Assembly: GCA_025201805.1 (NCBI GenBank)
Contig: MU619291.1
Location: 8,397 to 72,396, forward strand
DNA length: 64,000 nt
Source of the DNA: Parasitella parasitica NRRL 2501
Taxonomy: Eukaryota; Fungi; Mucoromycota
Direction of reading: 5' to 3'
The stretch's first letter is position 1; every line of letters begins with the position of its first letter. A model generated the notes under the pieces. It searched no databases. It was not told the DNA's origin and saw only the letters and a program-made list of their open reading frames with translations. Positions 41,865 through 53,848 of this stretch are shown one piece after another. The translations under genes and the position numbers were made by a program.

Positions 41865-43210
41865 CGTGATGAAATATTTCAATCTCCGCAACAAAAAACG
41901 CGAAAGGATTTTTGCGGATAACTTTTGATAAACAGGTCACCCAAGAAAAATAAAGTTATGCTCAAATAGCGATGATCAAGCGTGTTCTTATGGNNNNNNN
42001 NNNNNNNNNNNNNNNNNNNNNNNNNNNNNNNNNNNNNNNNNNNNNNNNNNNNNNNNNNNNNNNNNNNNNNNNNNNNNNNNNNNNNNNNNNNNNNNNNNNN
42101 NNNNNNNNNNNNNNNNNNNNNNNNNNNNNNNNNNNNNNNNNNNNNNNNNNNNNNNNNNNNNNNNNNNNNNNNNNNNNNNNNNNNNNNNNNNNNNNNNNNN
42201 NNNNNNNNNNNNNNNNNNNNNNNNNNNNNNNNNNNNNNNNNNNNNNNNNNNNNNNNNNNNNNNNNNNNNNNNNNNNNNNNNNNNNNNNNNNNNNNNNNNN
42301 NNNNNNNNNNNNNNNNNNNNNNNNNNNNNNNNNNNNNNNNNNNNNNNNNNNNNNNNNNNNNNNNNNNNNNNNNNNNNNNNNNNNNNNNNNNNNNNNNNNN
42401 NNNNNNNNNNNNNNNNNNNNNNNNNNNNNNNNNNNNNNNNNNNNNNNNNNNNNNNNNNNNNNNTATTCTGTTCTTTATCGAAGCCTATCGTCGATTATAT
42501 GCAATCCTGATATGTAAATTTGTGATATCATCTGATAACTTTATAGATATCGATAAAATCAAGGATACCAATGTTGTTTCCAGATAGCCCCAAGTCAATG
42601 CTAAGTTTTTCAAGTTAGATCATGGTTCTATGATCATTTTAGCACAAGTTATGAGTACAAATCTGATATTTATGATCTGTTTTAATGTAGGATAGGAGAT
42701 CATGATAATGTACTTCAATTAAAGATTGGAAATTGTCCAATGATGAATTGTATTGTGATACTTGTCAAGACAGGAGAATAATGTCTTTGTTTCAAATCAA
42801 GAAGGTTATCTTCTGTAACACAGATCTGTATGATTGACAAAGAATACGGTTCTGTCAGATCAAAGATCTATAGCCTTGTAGTATAATAATACATCCTACC
42901 CTGTTAAGGATATGATGTTGCTTGTAAATTATTCTCATTGATTAGTATCGACTAGTATTTTAAATAAGTCACCAAAAATTTATGTAGCTGTAAAAAGCAT
43001 AAATAGCAGATGCAAACTTGAATTTTTAATAAAGTAATATCAAGTTTTCGTATCTCGTTAATTCAACGTTTTATTTTATAATTTTCTTTTTTCGATCTTG
43101 CAGATCTCAACAATTTATGATGAATATTGAAAAATAAAACTGTTTTTGCAGATAACTTTTGATAGAGACATTGTCCAGTGGAAGGCAAGTTAAGCTCAGA
43201 TAGCGATGAT
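41865..43210. repeat. Diverged ~100-bp direct repeat pair on either side of the gap (~41865-41976 and ~43118-43210)
   Basis: tttttgcggataacttttgataaaca...aagttatgctcaaatagcgatgat vs tttttgcagataacttttgatagaga...aagttaagctcagatagcgatgat. Confidence 0.75.
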
Positions 43211-45066
43211 AATTTTAATCATTACTCGCTTTGAATATATTCTGGTAAACCTTCCTTGAGGAATGAGTAGATTATATATTATATAAGGATGAGGGAGTTT
43301 GGGATACACTACAGTTGACTATGTTAGCAATCTTTACTGCGTAAGGTAATATTTTTATTGCAAACCAGTATCAGTAAATTTGCTAACATTAGCACTGTTT
43401 ACTTTTCATTTATCAATTTTTATTACTTAATCCGATGAAAAACATATATTTATTTTTTATTTAAATAAAAAAAGCAAAAGTTTTTAAATTTGGAGTCGTG
43501 AATCTGTCAAACGAAACAACTATTCTATTGCATATGCAATGCTAGACCTTTTTGTATATTCATAATAATTCGAACCACATATGTGATTGAACTCTTAAAT
43601 GGCATTTATACCAAAATATGTATTGCAAATTGTGATGGAGTACAATTATCTAGTAGTAAGGGTAGAATGATGTACTATGTTAATGGACGGTTGGTGTATC
43701 TAATTGTTGACATTGCTATCAGGGTTATTACTTACTATATAATATATGTAGATATTATTGGACAAGAAGTAATTGACAGCAATGCGGCGATGTTTATATG
43801 AACTATAAACTTATATGTAAACAACGATTGGTAGTGACAGATCAGCTTTTCAGTGATAAGGATGATTTATAGATAATAGATTTGCTAGTATATGAGAAAT
43901 GTTTATGGTAATAAACTATAGTAGCTATTACAGATATTTTCACTAGCGTTCCAATATCTGGTAAAGGTTGAACCTATTTATAATAATTGGATGTTTCATG
44001 CAAAATGAGACATCATATAATGTGAATCATTACACAAATACAGTTCATACTGCATATGCGCCACTTTCTATTATAATACATATGTTTATTAACTCAACTC
44101 ACATCTGAGAGACTCATATCTTAAATCTTGCAAAAGAACTAGCTGATTAATAATTTGGATCAAAATCAAATCTCAGTGACAATGTATTGTACTTGATATA
44201 ATATATCATAAAGCGAGCATGAGTAGAAATGCGTAGTAAAATGGGATGACTTTACTTAAACATGGGAAAGAGACATGTGTGGTGCTATTGGATGGCTGAT
44301 CTTTACTCTAGTGCAGGGTGGTGATAGCCTATGACATTTTGTTCCTGAAAACGGTGTTAAATCCTGATGAATGTTCTTCCACCAAATCTACTATGAAGAA
44401 CATCCTATCCTTTATACGCATCCGAGCTCTTGTATTGCTGGTGATTGGTAAACTCTTATACATCAAGCTCCTATAGATTGGTTCAAGGTGTATCCAATTA
44501 TCCCTGATCCTATATCAAGGCCCTATTGCTGCGACACTGTCAAATAACCATTAGTACCTTTGAAACATGAATTATTTTAAATGTTCATTTAATCTTGGAG
44601 TAGCTAAATAAATACATGCAATTCTAATTGTATTTTTTCTGTCTATATTTCGCTATTGTAAACAACTATAAACAGCTATTAGTTTTTGATATTCCAGAGG
44701 ATGCCTCGTCAGTCATCTCATCAATTTTCTGATTCTTCTTGAAGTAAAGACAATCTCTTCCGCATTTAATCAGGTTTTTGTTTCTTCTGTGCATCTTCGT
44801 TATTATATAACACAGATCTCTGCGAGTTTGCATCATTGACTAGGTTTTTATTCATAAAGTTTTTATTCATAAGTTTTTTGTTCATACATAAATTCGTTAC
44901 TAAATAATGGGCATTATTAAACGAGGTTATAAAATATAAAAAAGATTGGTCGGGTGTCATAAAAATAAAGGAGGTGTTTGTGTCATATACATAAAACGAA
45001 AGTTATTTGGGCATATTCATAAGAAAAAGTATTTGGATCAATTAAAAAAGAATCGAGTAAATATAT

Positions 45067-46422
45067 TTACGTGCGATTTTCAAAACATTTGATTTCCACC
45101 AAATTGGGATTCAATACTTTGACAGCAATATCGGCAAAACTATTTTGCAATCTAATGATTTCGTCTTCCAAAATATTGTCGGCATCACTAGTATCAAAAG
45201 TTTTTGTGAGCACAGCTTCCCTCTGGAGAGAGCCGTACGTAACAATAATTCGTACCAAATCATCGTGATTTTGGCGGACGTCGTTCAAGGTAGTTACTAA
45301 TGAACCATTTTGATAAATCATGTTGACATAAATGACGTTATCATGCTGTTGTATATCACCGTCAGTTTGAAATTCTTCTTGAGTAACAGTAGCTTCCAAA
45401 GAAGTAACGCCAGTTCGAATCTGTGCTTGAGCAATAATAGCTTCAAGCGGATTATTTTGCTCGGTATGAATTACCAATGTGTATTCAGGAACCATTCGAA
45501 GGGCATCGGTTACACGCTCAACTATTGCGCTTTTAGGAATGGCGTGTGTTCCTTGGAGTACTATTTCATAATCTGCAATATTAATCAAAGCCTTCCTGAT
45601 TGAATACTTCAAAGCGAGATACTCAACAATACTCGGGTAAATGCAGTTCTCAATTGTCAAGTATTCTAAAGTAAATTCATTCGTGTTTCTGTCTTGAGGA
45701 AATTGATTAAGGACTTGCTCCGTTGTCATTTCAGCGGTAGTAAAAGCACTACAGCTTACATCCAATACTTGCAAAAAGGGACAGTTGTTTACAGCCAAAT
45801 TCAAAGCATTGACATCGGATCGGTTCATCGTAATTGATAGTTCCTTTAAGTTTGTAAAGAATTTGATTTCGTTGAGAAATTTCTTCTCACTATCAGACTC
45901 TTGATCAAAAATCATAAGACAAAGTTCTTCCAAAGTATCTTGGAGGTGTAATGCTACTTTTTGGTATCCCGACGATTCTAGTTCTACAGGCAATGGAATC
46001 CTTCTTAGTGCAAATTTTGCTCCAGGGTTCTCTTGGATGATTGTCAGCATTTGCTCATAGGATTCAGCATCGTCATAGTCTCCGGCAAGTCTTTCCAGTT
46101 TTTTGTTGAAAATCAATGGGAGTAACTTTTTACAAGCTGTTTCGTTGAGATCATTGAATCGATTGTCAATCGTCTCATCCATACAGCAATTGATGCTTAG
46201 ATTTCTGAGAGACCCTCTTAGCTCTTTGTATTTATTCAAATATTCGTAAAAGCTCCATGCTGTTCTCTTCTTCCCAATAAAAATAGAACAACCCAGCATC
46301 GTCTTGATTGCATGCGGTTTCCAAAGCTTGCAGACTAATTCCACTTGATTTAGTGTCTCTAGATCGTTTATAAAGTAAAAGATCCGGAGCAAAATTTCAG
46401 CTGGTAAATTTTGGATTGACAT
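45067..46422 (-). CDS. F-box protein with degenerate LRR/RNI-like repeats (paralogue 1, intronless, most divergent)
   Basis: MSIQNLPAEILLRIFYFI..LNQVELVCKLWK F-box; LxxLxL repeats (LEELCL, LKELSI, CPFLQVLDV, LEYLTI). Start chosen by alignment to the paralogues. Confidence 0.85.
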   Translation of the reverse strand: MSIQNLPAEILLRIFYFINDLETLNQVELVCKLWKPHAIKTMLGCSIFIGKKRTAWSFYEYLNKYKELRGSLRNLSINCCMDETIDNRFNDLNETACKKLLPLIFNKKLERLAGDYDDAESYEQMLTIIQENPGAKFALRRIPLPVELESSGYQKVALHLQDTLEELCLMIFDQESDSEKKFLNEIKFFTNLKELSITMNRSDVNALNLAVNNCPFLQVLDVSCSAFTTAEMTTEQVLNQFPQDRNTNEFTLEYLTIENCIYPSIVEYLALKYSIRKALINIADYEIVLQGTHAIPKSAIVERVTDALRMVPEYTLVIHTEQNNPLEAIIAQAQIRTGVTSLEATVTQEEFQTDGDIQQHDNVIYVNMIYQNGSLVTTLNDVRQNHDDLVRIIVTYGSLQREAVLTKTFDTSDADNILEDEIIRLQNSFADIAVKVLNPNLVEIKCFENRT

Positions 46423-46520
46423 TGGGACTAATGTGTGCCTGTATTTTTTCATGAAAAAAGAGACGAAGAAAACGAATCTTGGTGTCATTTTTTCTTGTAG
46501 TTTATAGTGACATTGGGATA

Positions 46521-46550
46521 TGTCATGAGTTCCCATCTCAAAATGAACAC
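46521..46550 (-). promoter_or_regulatory. Conserved F-box promoter motif TGTCATGAG-N~11-AATGA (copies at 46521, 48414, 52811; partial at 53472 and 55137)
   Basis: The same bipartite motif lies ~100-140 bp upstream of the ATGs of paralogues 1-3, just upstream of a TATA-like tataa on the minus strand. Confidence 0.6.
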
Positions 46551-47108
46551 ACAAAATCATCAATCGCTATTTCATCTTATAATTAACACACAGGGTCATA
46601 GGTATATAATCATGCCACAATGAACACTTCTGGCTATTGGTTACTTGTCAAAGCATGATGTTATGCACAATTTATACCACATTGCTCTGGTTATATGCAT
46701 GTACATCATTCTATCTTGGTTTGCTATTGTTGCGAAATTGTATATTATGCAGGTCAAGTACGGTTTTGCCAAAGATAATGGTCTTAATGCAAGTTAGTCG
46801 TCAAGGAATTTCTCCATTCTTTAAAATTGAATGAACAGTATATTAATGATCTAAAAATTGGTCTGCCAAGTATTCATCCAGGGATAGACGGCCAGTAAGT
46901 ACGTAACTACGTATTGCGATTGTGAGAAACAAAATTTAAGCGGAAGATCGTGTGGTTTACATAAAGTTTTAGTCGTAGTTTTTATTAAATCGTATCTTTA
47001 AGGAATGTGTTGGCTTTGCCTGTGATTCATAGAGTAGAGAAAAATAAAAATAATTGAACGAAACTAAAACAAAAATAAGGATATAGAAAGGAGTGATCTA
47101 TAAAAACG

Positions 47109-48305
47109 TTATTCTCGACAAGGTCGAACCTTGAGAATCATCAATTCTTGATCATCAGGCGATCTAGCAAGCTCAGCATGGTTTCCTCCAATTTTTGCAA
47201 GCGACGCCACATCGTCTAAAGGATTGTATTGGTGGTGAGGATAAAACTCCATTTCATACGATGACACTGTACTCGTATTAAGAGCTTCTATTACACGCAA
47301 ATGTAGGTTTTCAATGAAGCCCTCTTCATTGGCATCTTCTTCTGCTTCATTAAAATGTCTCTCAGCTTCTGCATGACTTGCGTAAGATGTCATATCAATC
47401 AATACCGTTTCAATTTTCATATACTTCAAAACTAGATATTCGATTGGGGCCGCAGAAAAACAGTCTGACACCAGCAAAGATTTCAACGAGCAAGTATTTT
47501 TAGTGTCATGTTCGTTAAACCATTCTTGAGCTTCTTGAGACCAATTGATATCTTCAATATATTCAATGTCTAACTCCTGTAGTGTGCAACAGTTATCCAC
47601 AATGATTTTTAATGCAAAGAAGTCATCTCCTTTGATATTAAGTTCCAGTGATGTTAAACATTTAAAGCTTTTGAGACTTTCAAAGAAGTTCATCTCACAA
47701 GGTTGCATGTAATGAGAAATCCAGAGCTTCAGATAATTTAAGCTTCCCTTAAACAAAAGAGCTGCGTCTTTGTAAGCTGCTGAATTTGACATACTAGGCT
47801 TTGGCAATTTTTTTAGCTTGAATGTTTCTTTGTCATTATCTTTTTTAGCATAATCTGCAACAAGGCTTGAAATTAATTGGTAACAACCATCATCCATAGT
47901 TCCATCGAGCACCTCTAGCTTTGAAGTAAAAACCAATGACAGAATTTTTTTGTAGTAATCTTTTTTTTTGTTGGCGCTCTCTTCGACCTCTCCAAGATTT
48001 TTAATCTGATTGTTTTGTTGATTAACTTCATTAGAATAATAGCCCTGAGATTCGTCAAGATTACTGAAATCGGTGACCCACAGGTTCCTCACTTGACTTT
48101 TGAAGCACTTGTTTTTGCTCAAATAGCTGCAAAACCCTTTAGCTTGTTCTTCGTTGTAAATGTATATAGGCTTGCTAAGTATTTTCCACAATGCGACTTT
48201 ATTCCAGGCCTTGCAAACCAATCTATATTGCACCAAGTGTTTGACATCATGAATTGAGTCAAACACGGTCATTAATACTTCTGTGGGTAATTTTAAGATA
48301 GACAT
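47109..48305 (-). CDS. F-box/LRR-like protein (paralogue 2, intronless)
   Basis: MSILKLPTEVLMTVFD..LVQYRLVCKAWN; shared blocks ILSLVFTSKLEVLDG, FKLKKLPKPSM, IVDNCCTLQELDI, IEYLVLKY, ENLHLRV. Confidence 0.88.
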   Translation of the reverse strand: MSILKLPTEVLMTVFDSIHDVKHLVQYRLVCKAWNKVALWKILSKPIYIYNEEQAKGFCSYLSKNKCFKSQVRNLWVTDFSNLDESQGYYSNEVNQQNNQIKNLGEVEESANKKKDYYKKILSLVFTSKLEVLDGTMDDGCYQLISSLVADYAKKDNDKETFKLKKLPKPSMSNSAAYKDAALLFKGSLNYLKLWISHYMQPCEMNFFESLKSFKCLTSLELNIKGDDFFALKIIVDNCCTLQELDIEYIEDINWSQEAQEWFNEHDTKNTCSLKSLLVSDCFSAAPIEYLVLKYMKIETVLIDMTSYASHAEAERHFNEAEEDANEEGFIENLHLRVIEALNTSTVSSYEMEFYPHHQYNPLDDVASLAKIGGNHAELARSPDDQELMILKVRPCRE

Positions 48306-49571
48306 TGACGTATACAAAGTAGATGCTGTAACTGGTATGTGCTTACAGAAAGATACTAATACCAAAAAGTTTGATACAATTTCATTATATAATGATATAT
48401 TAGTGTTTTGACTTGTCATGAGTTATTATTTTACAATGAACATGCAGAATCATGATGAAGACATATAATTTATTTACAATAACTCTATTATGAAATCGCA
48501 TGACTATTGGTTTGTTTGTAAGGCAGGATGATTTATGCGGTATGATACCATTCCGAGAATACCAGATCTTATTTATAAGTTGGCTTTGCTGTATGTCTGC
48601 ATTATGCAGCATTAAATGTAGATCACGAGCGACCAAGCTGGTGAAACGGCAAATAAAATTCTACGAGATTGACTCTCGTCTAAAAGGGCTATCAGCTCAA
48701 ATGCGAACAGATAAAGGAAGCGTTAAATGTTCTTTATCACAATTTATACAAAGAATCATGCAACGTGTATAGGAGTTCATAGTGGAGAAACAATCGCCAA
48801 AAATCTCCAAGACGTTTTAATGAAGTAACCATTTGAATGACTTTCTCATAAGATGCTCGATGAAAATTGGTTTTGTGCATCTAAAGCTTATGCAAAAAAT
48901 AAATACTACTAGTGGTAGGGTAATTCCTACGAAAACAATGGCTGTGGATGTGTACTCGGGATCATCAGCGACCTAGATTGGCCATACCCGTCCCCCCTTC
49001 CTCCATCTTAGTTCTCGTTTTCTGCCTGCTTGATGTGCATCTAATGTAGAAAGAGGCTATTGTCTCCAATAGTTTATAGTGCAAAAAGATGGCTGCAATA
49101 GATAATGGCATTAAGGAATATAACCACATAATGAATTGATGTCTAAAAAGAATCTAAACCCTCTGGAGACTCCTGCTCAAAACTAAGCTTTTAAGAAACT
49201 AAAATGCAGTTTCCTTGTACGCTAATAAATCACTCAGAAGAAGAGTAGGAGCTTTTTTCAGCTTGAATTTTATGTACGCATGTTCACTTGGGCTGTATTT
49301 GACATATGCCGGTAGGCATGATCATCGCTCCTGTTTCTGTCCATCAACCCCAAGTTTTTTTTACCTTGTCAAGGTTGCGTTCATCAGCATCACGATTATA
49401 AAGTTTCTCAAATACGCAACGCCATGTTCACAAAGGCCAGCGATGTAAAGAAAACCACATTTTTTCATCGTTATTCGTTGTAATCTGTAATGGTTTCCTA
49501 GTTTCAACATGATGATGATATAAGCAAGCAATTTTATGAGCCACCACACACAATTAACACACATGATCATA

Positions 49572-50894
49572 CCCGTGGGTAAAGATAAGTCACCGTCCTT
49601 TTTAATTTCCTTTATTTTTCAAATAAAAACAAGTAGAATACTCTTCAATCAAACGCTCTTTTATCACTACTCCATAAATACAACTGATTATGACTTTAAC
49701 AGATATTACCAACGACCATCGTACAATTCGTAAACAACTTGACGATTATACATGTGGGCTCATTATCGGCAGATATCAAGCCAAACAAAAGATCACTCAA
49801 ATTTCACGTGAAATGTGCTTGCCAAAGTCGACCGTTACTGATTGTGTCAATCGCTACAATAAAACAGGAAGTGGAGTAATCCAAAAACGTAGCGGAAGAC
49901 CTCTTAAGTTGTCTGAAAGAGATCAGCGTACTGTTGTGCGCAGCTTTAGAGAGAAACCATTTGATTCTTTTGTCACTCATAACGCAAGATTGAAAGCAGC
50001 TGGAATTGATATACATCCTCAAACGCTATCGATATATGCTGACAGACACGGCTTTGGGTCATATTCCCCAGCATCTGTACCAATGCTGAAACCCAAGCAA
50101 ATCGAAAAAAGACTTGCTTGGGCCAAAGAAAAGGTTAATTGGACAGCTGAACAATGGNNNNNNNNNNNNNNNNNNNNNNNNNNNNNNNNNNNNNNNNNNN
50201 NNNNNNNNNNNNNNNNNNNNNNNNNNNNNNNNNNNNNNNNNNNNNNNNNNNNNNNNNNNNNNNNNNNNNNNNNNNNNNNNNNNNNNNNNNNNNNNNNNNN
50301 NNNNNNNNNNNNNNNNNNNNNNNNNNNNNNNNNNNNNNNNNNNNNNNNNNNNNNNNNNNNNNNNNNNNNNNNNNNNNNNNNNNNNNNNNNNNNNNNNNNN
50401 NNNNNNNNNNNNNNNNNNNNNNNNNNNNNNNNNNNNNNNNNNNNNNNNNNNNNNNNNNNNNNNNNNNNNNNNNNNNNNNNNNNNNNNNNNNNNNNNNNNN
50501 NNNNNNNNNNNNNNNNNTGAACATGTCTGGGCTTACCTTGAAAAGCGGATAGAGAGTCGTAGATACCAACTGAAGAATGTGGATCAGTTGGAGACTTGTA
50601 TTCGCAACGAATGGTATGCAATACCTCCATCATTTTTAGAGACTTTAGTCGACAGTATGAGCTCTCGATGCAAGGCTGTTATTGAGGCTAATGGTGGCAA
50701 TACCAGATATTAATTTTAATTTTTTTTTGCTATATTACTAAAATAAACATGTTAAGCTTTGTATACTTCAAATCTTATACGATTATATTGATATTTCACT
50801 AATAAGTTTTTTCAATCAAAAAACATTTCAAAACTTGAATTTAATTTCTGACACCAAAAAGTAAAAAAGGACGGTGACTTATCTTTACCCACGG
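49572..50894 (+). mobile_element. Tc1/mariner DNA transposon, ~1.32 kb, 31-bp TIRs, TA flanks
   Basis: ccgtgggtaaagataagtcaccgtccttttt (49573-49603) is the exact reverse complement of 50864-50894. TA at 49570-71 and 50895-96; one extra C on the left end. Confidence 0.92.
49690..50713 (+). CDS. Tc1-family transposase (middle hidden by gap 50158-50517)
   Basis: HTH (ITQISREMCLPKSTV), RSGRPLKLSERD, KRLAWAK..NWTAEQW, then after the gap EHVWAYLEKRI...W..IP...LVDSMSSRCKAVIEANGGNTRY*. Confidence 0.92.
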
Positions 50895-51479
50895 TATATG
50901 CATATTGTTCTAATAAAAAAGATGCACGGCAATAGATTTTCTGTCAAAGACCAATACGTAGTGACACATTATTAAATAGTTACAAGCAAAAAAAAAATTA
51001 TATGTATGTATGTAAATTATGTATATGCTCTGCATTTATTGCAGTACGTTCGTAGCATACGAAGTAAGAATACGTGATTGTTGTCATAAATCAATAGCGA
51101 CAATGTTAAAGGGATAATAATATATGCTAAACTGCCCCTTGATATAGTCTTTTCCTTTAGCTTGCTTGGGTCATCTCAATGTACGGCGTCTGACAAACAA
51201 AATAACTATGTATTTTTATAGATAATTATTTAGGGGCAAGCTTTAGGACGACCATTACTGACGATTTCTTTCAAAACAAAATTGTGTATACAAGTCCAAA
51301 ATTTAACGAGTGTCCATAAGGCATAAATATTTTATTCATAAAATTTACTTGTATTATGGTTGGCATAAGAAACTGTTGTATAATTTACATAGAAATGTGT
51401 GTATTTGAATTAAAATAAATAAACGAGAGAGTTTGGAGCGTATCAACAATAAAAAGGAATTGCAATGCTTGTAAGAGTT

Positions 51480-52700
51480 TTAGTGATCATGAAGCCTAAC
51501 CTCGATGTGCGCCATATCGGGAGGGAAAATTTTGATTGTGGTGTTGCTATCAACAGTTTGTGCTGCAGCAAGCACATTTTCCAACGGGTTGGACTCATTA
51601 AACCTGAATTTAAGGCTGTATACAGATACTTTCTTAAGGGCTTCAACTACACGCAAATGAAGGTTTTCAAAGGTACCAAGTTCAATTTCTCTTCGAGCAT
51701 CTGCGTGATCAATGTAAGACCTCATATCCATTAAAACGCTCTCAATTTTCGCATACTTCAAAACGAGATAGTTTAAAGGGATACAAGAAAAACAATTTGA
51801 GATCTTCAAAAATTTCAAGGAACGGGTATTCTGAGTGTCATGCTCATCAAACCATTCTTGAATTTGCTGCGTTGTTGACCGATTACTGTCTTCAATCCAA
51901 TCAATGTCCAATACTTGCAATTGACAGCAACTGTCCACAATAAGCTTCAATACATAAAGACTGTTTCGCTCGATGGTCAGCTTAAGAGATTTTAATCGTT
52001 TAAAATCTTTGAGCTTTTCAAACAAGATAGTTTCTGCGGGAGGTTCCAGGCGAGAAATCAGAATATACAAGTGTTCTAAGCTACCCGTAAACCAAAGTAC
52101 AGCCTCTTTGTAAGCGTCAGACTCTTGTACACTAGGATTTGGGATCCATTTAAGCTTGAATTTCATTTTGCTTTGGTTTTTTTCTGCAATACTCGACATT
52201 ATCTGATACGAGTAATCATCGTTCATATCTCCATCAATTACGAGCAATTTTGAAGTGAAGACCAATTGCAGGATCTTCACACAGAGATATTCTTCACTAC
52301 TTGGATGTTCCCGAGTCTCTTCGATATCTTCATACCAGTCAATACGTTCTGGATTTTCGTTCTCTAGATCTTCGTTTTCTGGATCCTCATCCTCTGTATC
52401 TTCTTCTGAATCTCCTGTAACTTCCTCGATATCTTTGGCATAAGCTTTGTCGTAGGCTTTTCGGCCAGTAATGTTCAGGAATCTTACCAAATTGGCGGTT
52501 TCTTCATCTCTAGTCAAATCTTTGAAAAATTCCAAAGCTTTTTGCTCATTATCAATACGTATAGGTTTGCTAAACAATACCATCTTGGCATTTTTGTACC
52601 AATCCCTGCAAACCCATCTACACTGCCTCAAATCTTTGATCTCATTTACGAAATCAAACACATTTAATAAAATTTCAGCAGGTAGTTTTGTTATGGGCAT
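51480..52700 (-). CDS. F-box/LRR-like protein (paralogue 3, intronless)
   Basis: MPITKLPAEILLNVFDF..LRQCRWVCRDWY; long acidic insert; PNPSVQESDAYKEA, CCQLQVLDIDWIE, NCFS, LVLKYAKIE. Confidence 0.88.
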   Translation of the reverse strand: MPITKLPAEILLNVFDFVNEIKDLRQCRWVCRDWYKNAKMVLFSKPIRIDNEQKALEFFKDLTRDEETANLVRFLNITGRKAYDKAYAKDIEEVTGDSEEDTEDEDPENEDLENENPERIDWYEDIEETREHPSSEEYLCVKILQLVFTSKLLVIDGDMNDDYSYQIMSSIAEKNQSKMKFKLKWIPNPSVQESDAYKEAVLWFTGSLEHLYILISRLEPPAETILFEKLKDFKRLKSLKLTIERNSLYVLKLIVDSCCQLQVLDIDWIEDSNRSTTQQIQEWFDEHDTQNTRSLKFLKISNCFSCIPLNYLVLKYAKIESVLMDMRSYIDHADARREIELGTFENLHLRVVEALKKVSVYSLKFRFNESNPLENVLAAAQTVDSNTTIKIFPPDMAHIEVRLHDH

Positions 52701-53848
52701 TGAAAAGACTAATACTCAAATTGAAGGTGCCTCGATTATTATAAAAAGAGACAGAAAGAAAACATATCCTACTGCAATTTTCTCTCAGCATTTATACCAG
52801 TAAACTACTTTGTCATGAGCTTTCATTTTACAATGAGCGCACATCGATAATCAACTTTTGGTATCGTGATTAACGCGCAGAGTCGTTAGTTTACAATGAT
52901 TTCAAATTATCATATGGGCTTGACATTTAAAAGTACAATATAATGCTTTTTCCACAAGAATTGTAGCTTAATAAATGTGAAACGATAGCAGTAAAGATTG
53001 GTTGAAATAAATAGTTAAAACAGCAAATGATTACAATAGAGCAGAAATACTTGCTTATGCAACTATATAAGTATCTTTTACGGATCCCATTCATAAATTT
53101 ATGTATAATTAATTGGAAAAGTTAGATTTATAAAATCGAAAAATAAAAAATGAGCCCATATTTATATAATCGAATATAGAAGATGAGTAAGTTTTATGAA
53201 CCATACAGAAAAGAGCAGAGTTGAAGTTTACAAACTTATACTTGTCTGATGTCTCCTCTTTTTGATTGCCCTAAGTAGCCAGAGATCCAGAGATTCTAGT
53301 AAGAGGCAGTCGTACTTGAGGAATACAATAATTGTATCAAATCATATTAAAAAGATAATAAGAAAGGACAAGAAATCAGAAATAGGTGTAATATTAAAAA
53401 AAAAATTGCACTTCATTCTCCTTGTCTTACTGCCATTTTATCTTATGATATATCATATTTGACTCATTGATTGTCATGAGTTGTTATTCAATAATAATCT
53501 CACAGTACTATAAATTAGTGCCTAGCACATAAACACTCACGAGACTATATTTAATAGTCAATATAATGGAATAGAATAATTAGTATTTCATGAATCAATG
53601 TATGATAAACAAGCAAAATGACCATAATCTACCAAAAAGTAATTGTGAAATCAGATCAGGCCTAATAATTACCATACACATATCGTAAAATTTATTGGGC
53701 ATATTTGTAAGGAATGTGTGAAAAACTGTGATTCAAAAATTAACATAAGAAACGAATGTTCATACTTAAACGACGGTAGATAAATGAAAGTATCTGGATC
53801 ATACATTTAAAAAAGAGGGCATAATGTATATGGTAGTTCATAAAAGCT

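Larger units (their letters stand above)
36640..41993 (+). mobile_element. Putative Zisupton-like DNA transposon (termini not resolved; right side runs into an N gap)
   Basis: Intact transposase gene, upstream 31-bp tandem repeats, downstream hairpin and repeat. No TIR or TSD could be identified. Confidence 0.5.

Noticed and set aside
41972-42587. ORFs made mostly of X (also 12372-12682, 20492-20674, 50019-50633)
   Set aside because: Artefacts of N gaps.
42720-42900. Possible zf-RVT-like remnant of a non-LTR retrotransposon on the minus strand (QICVTED..ETKTLFSCLDK)
   Set aside because: Needs frame changes and lacks the conserved His; too weak to support.
44200-44960. GC-richer patch and short 15-bp tandem units (ORF 44766-44960)
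   Set aside because: Multiple stops and no identifiable homology; the repeats are low complexity.
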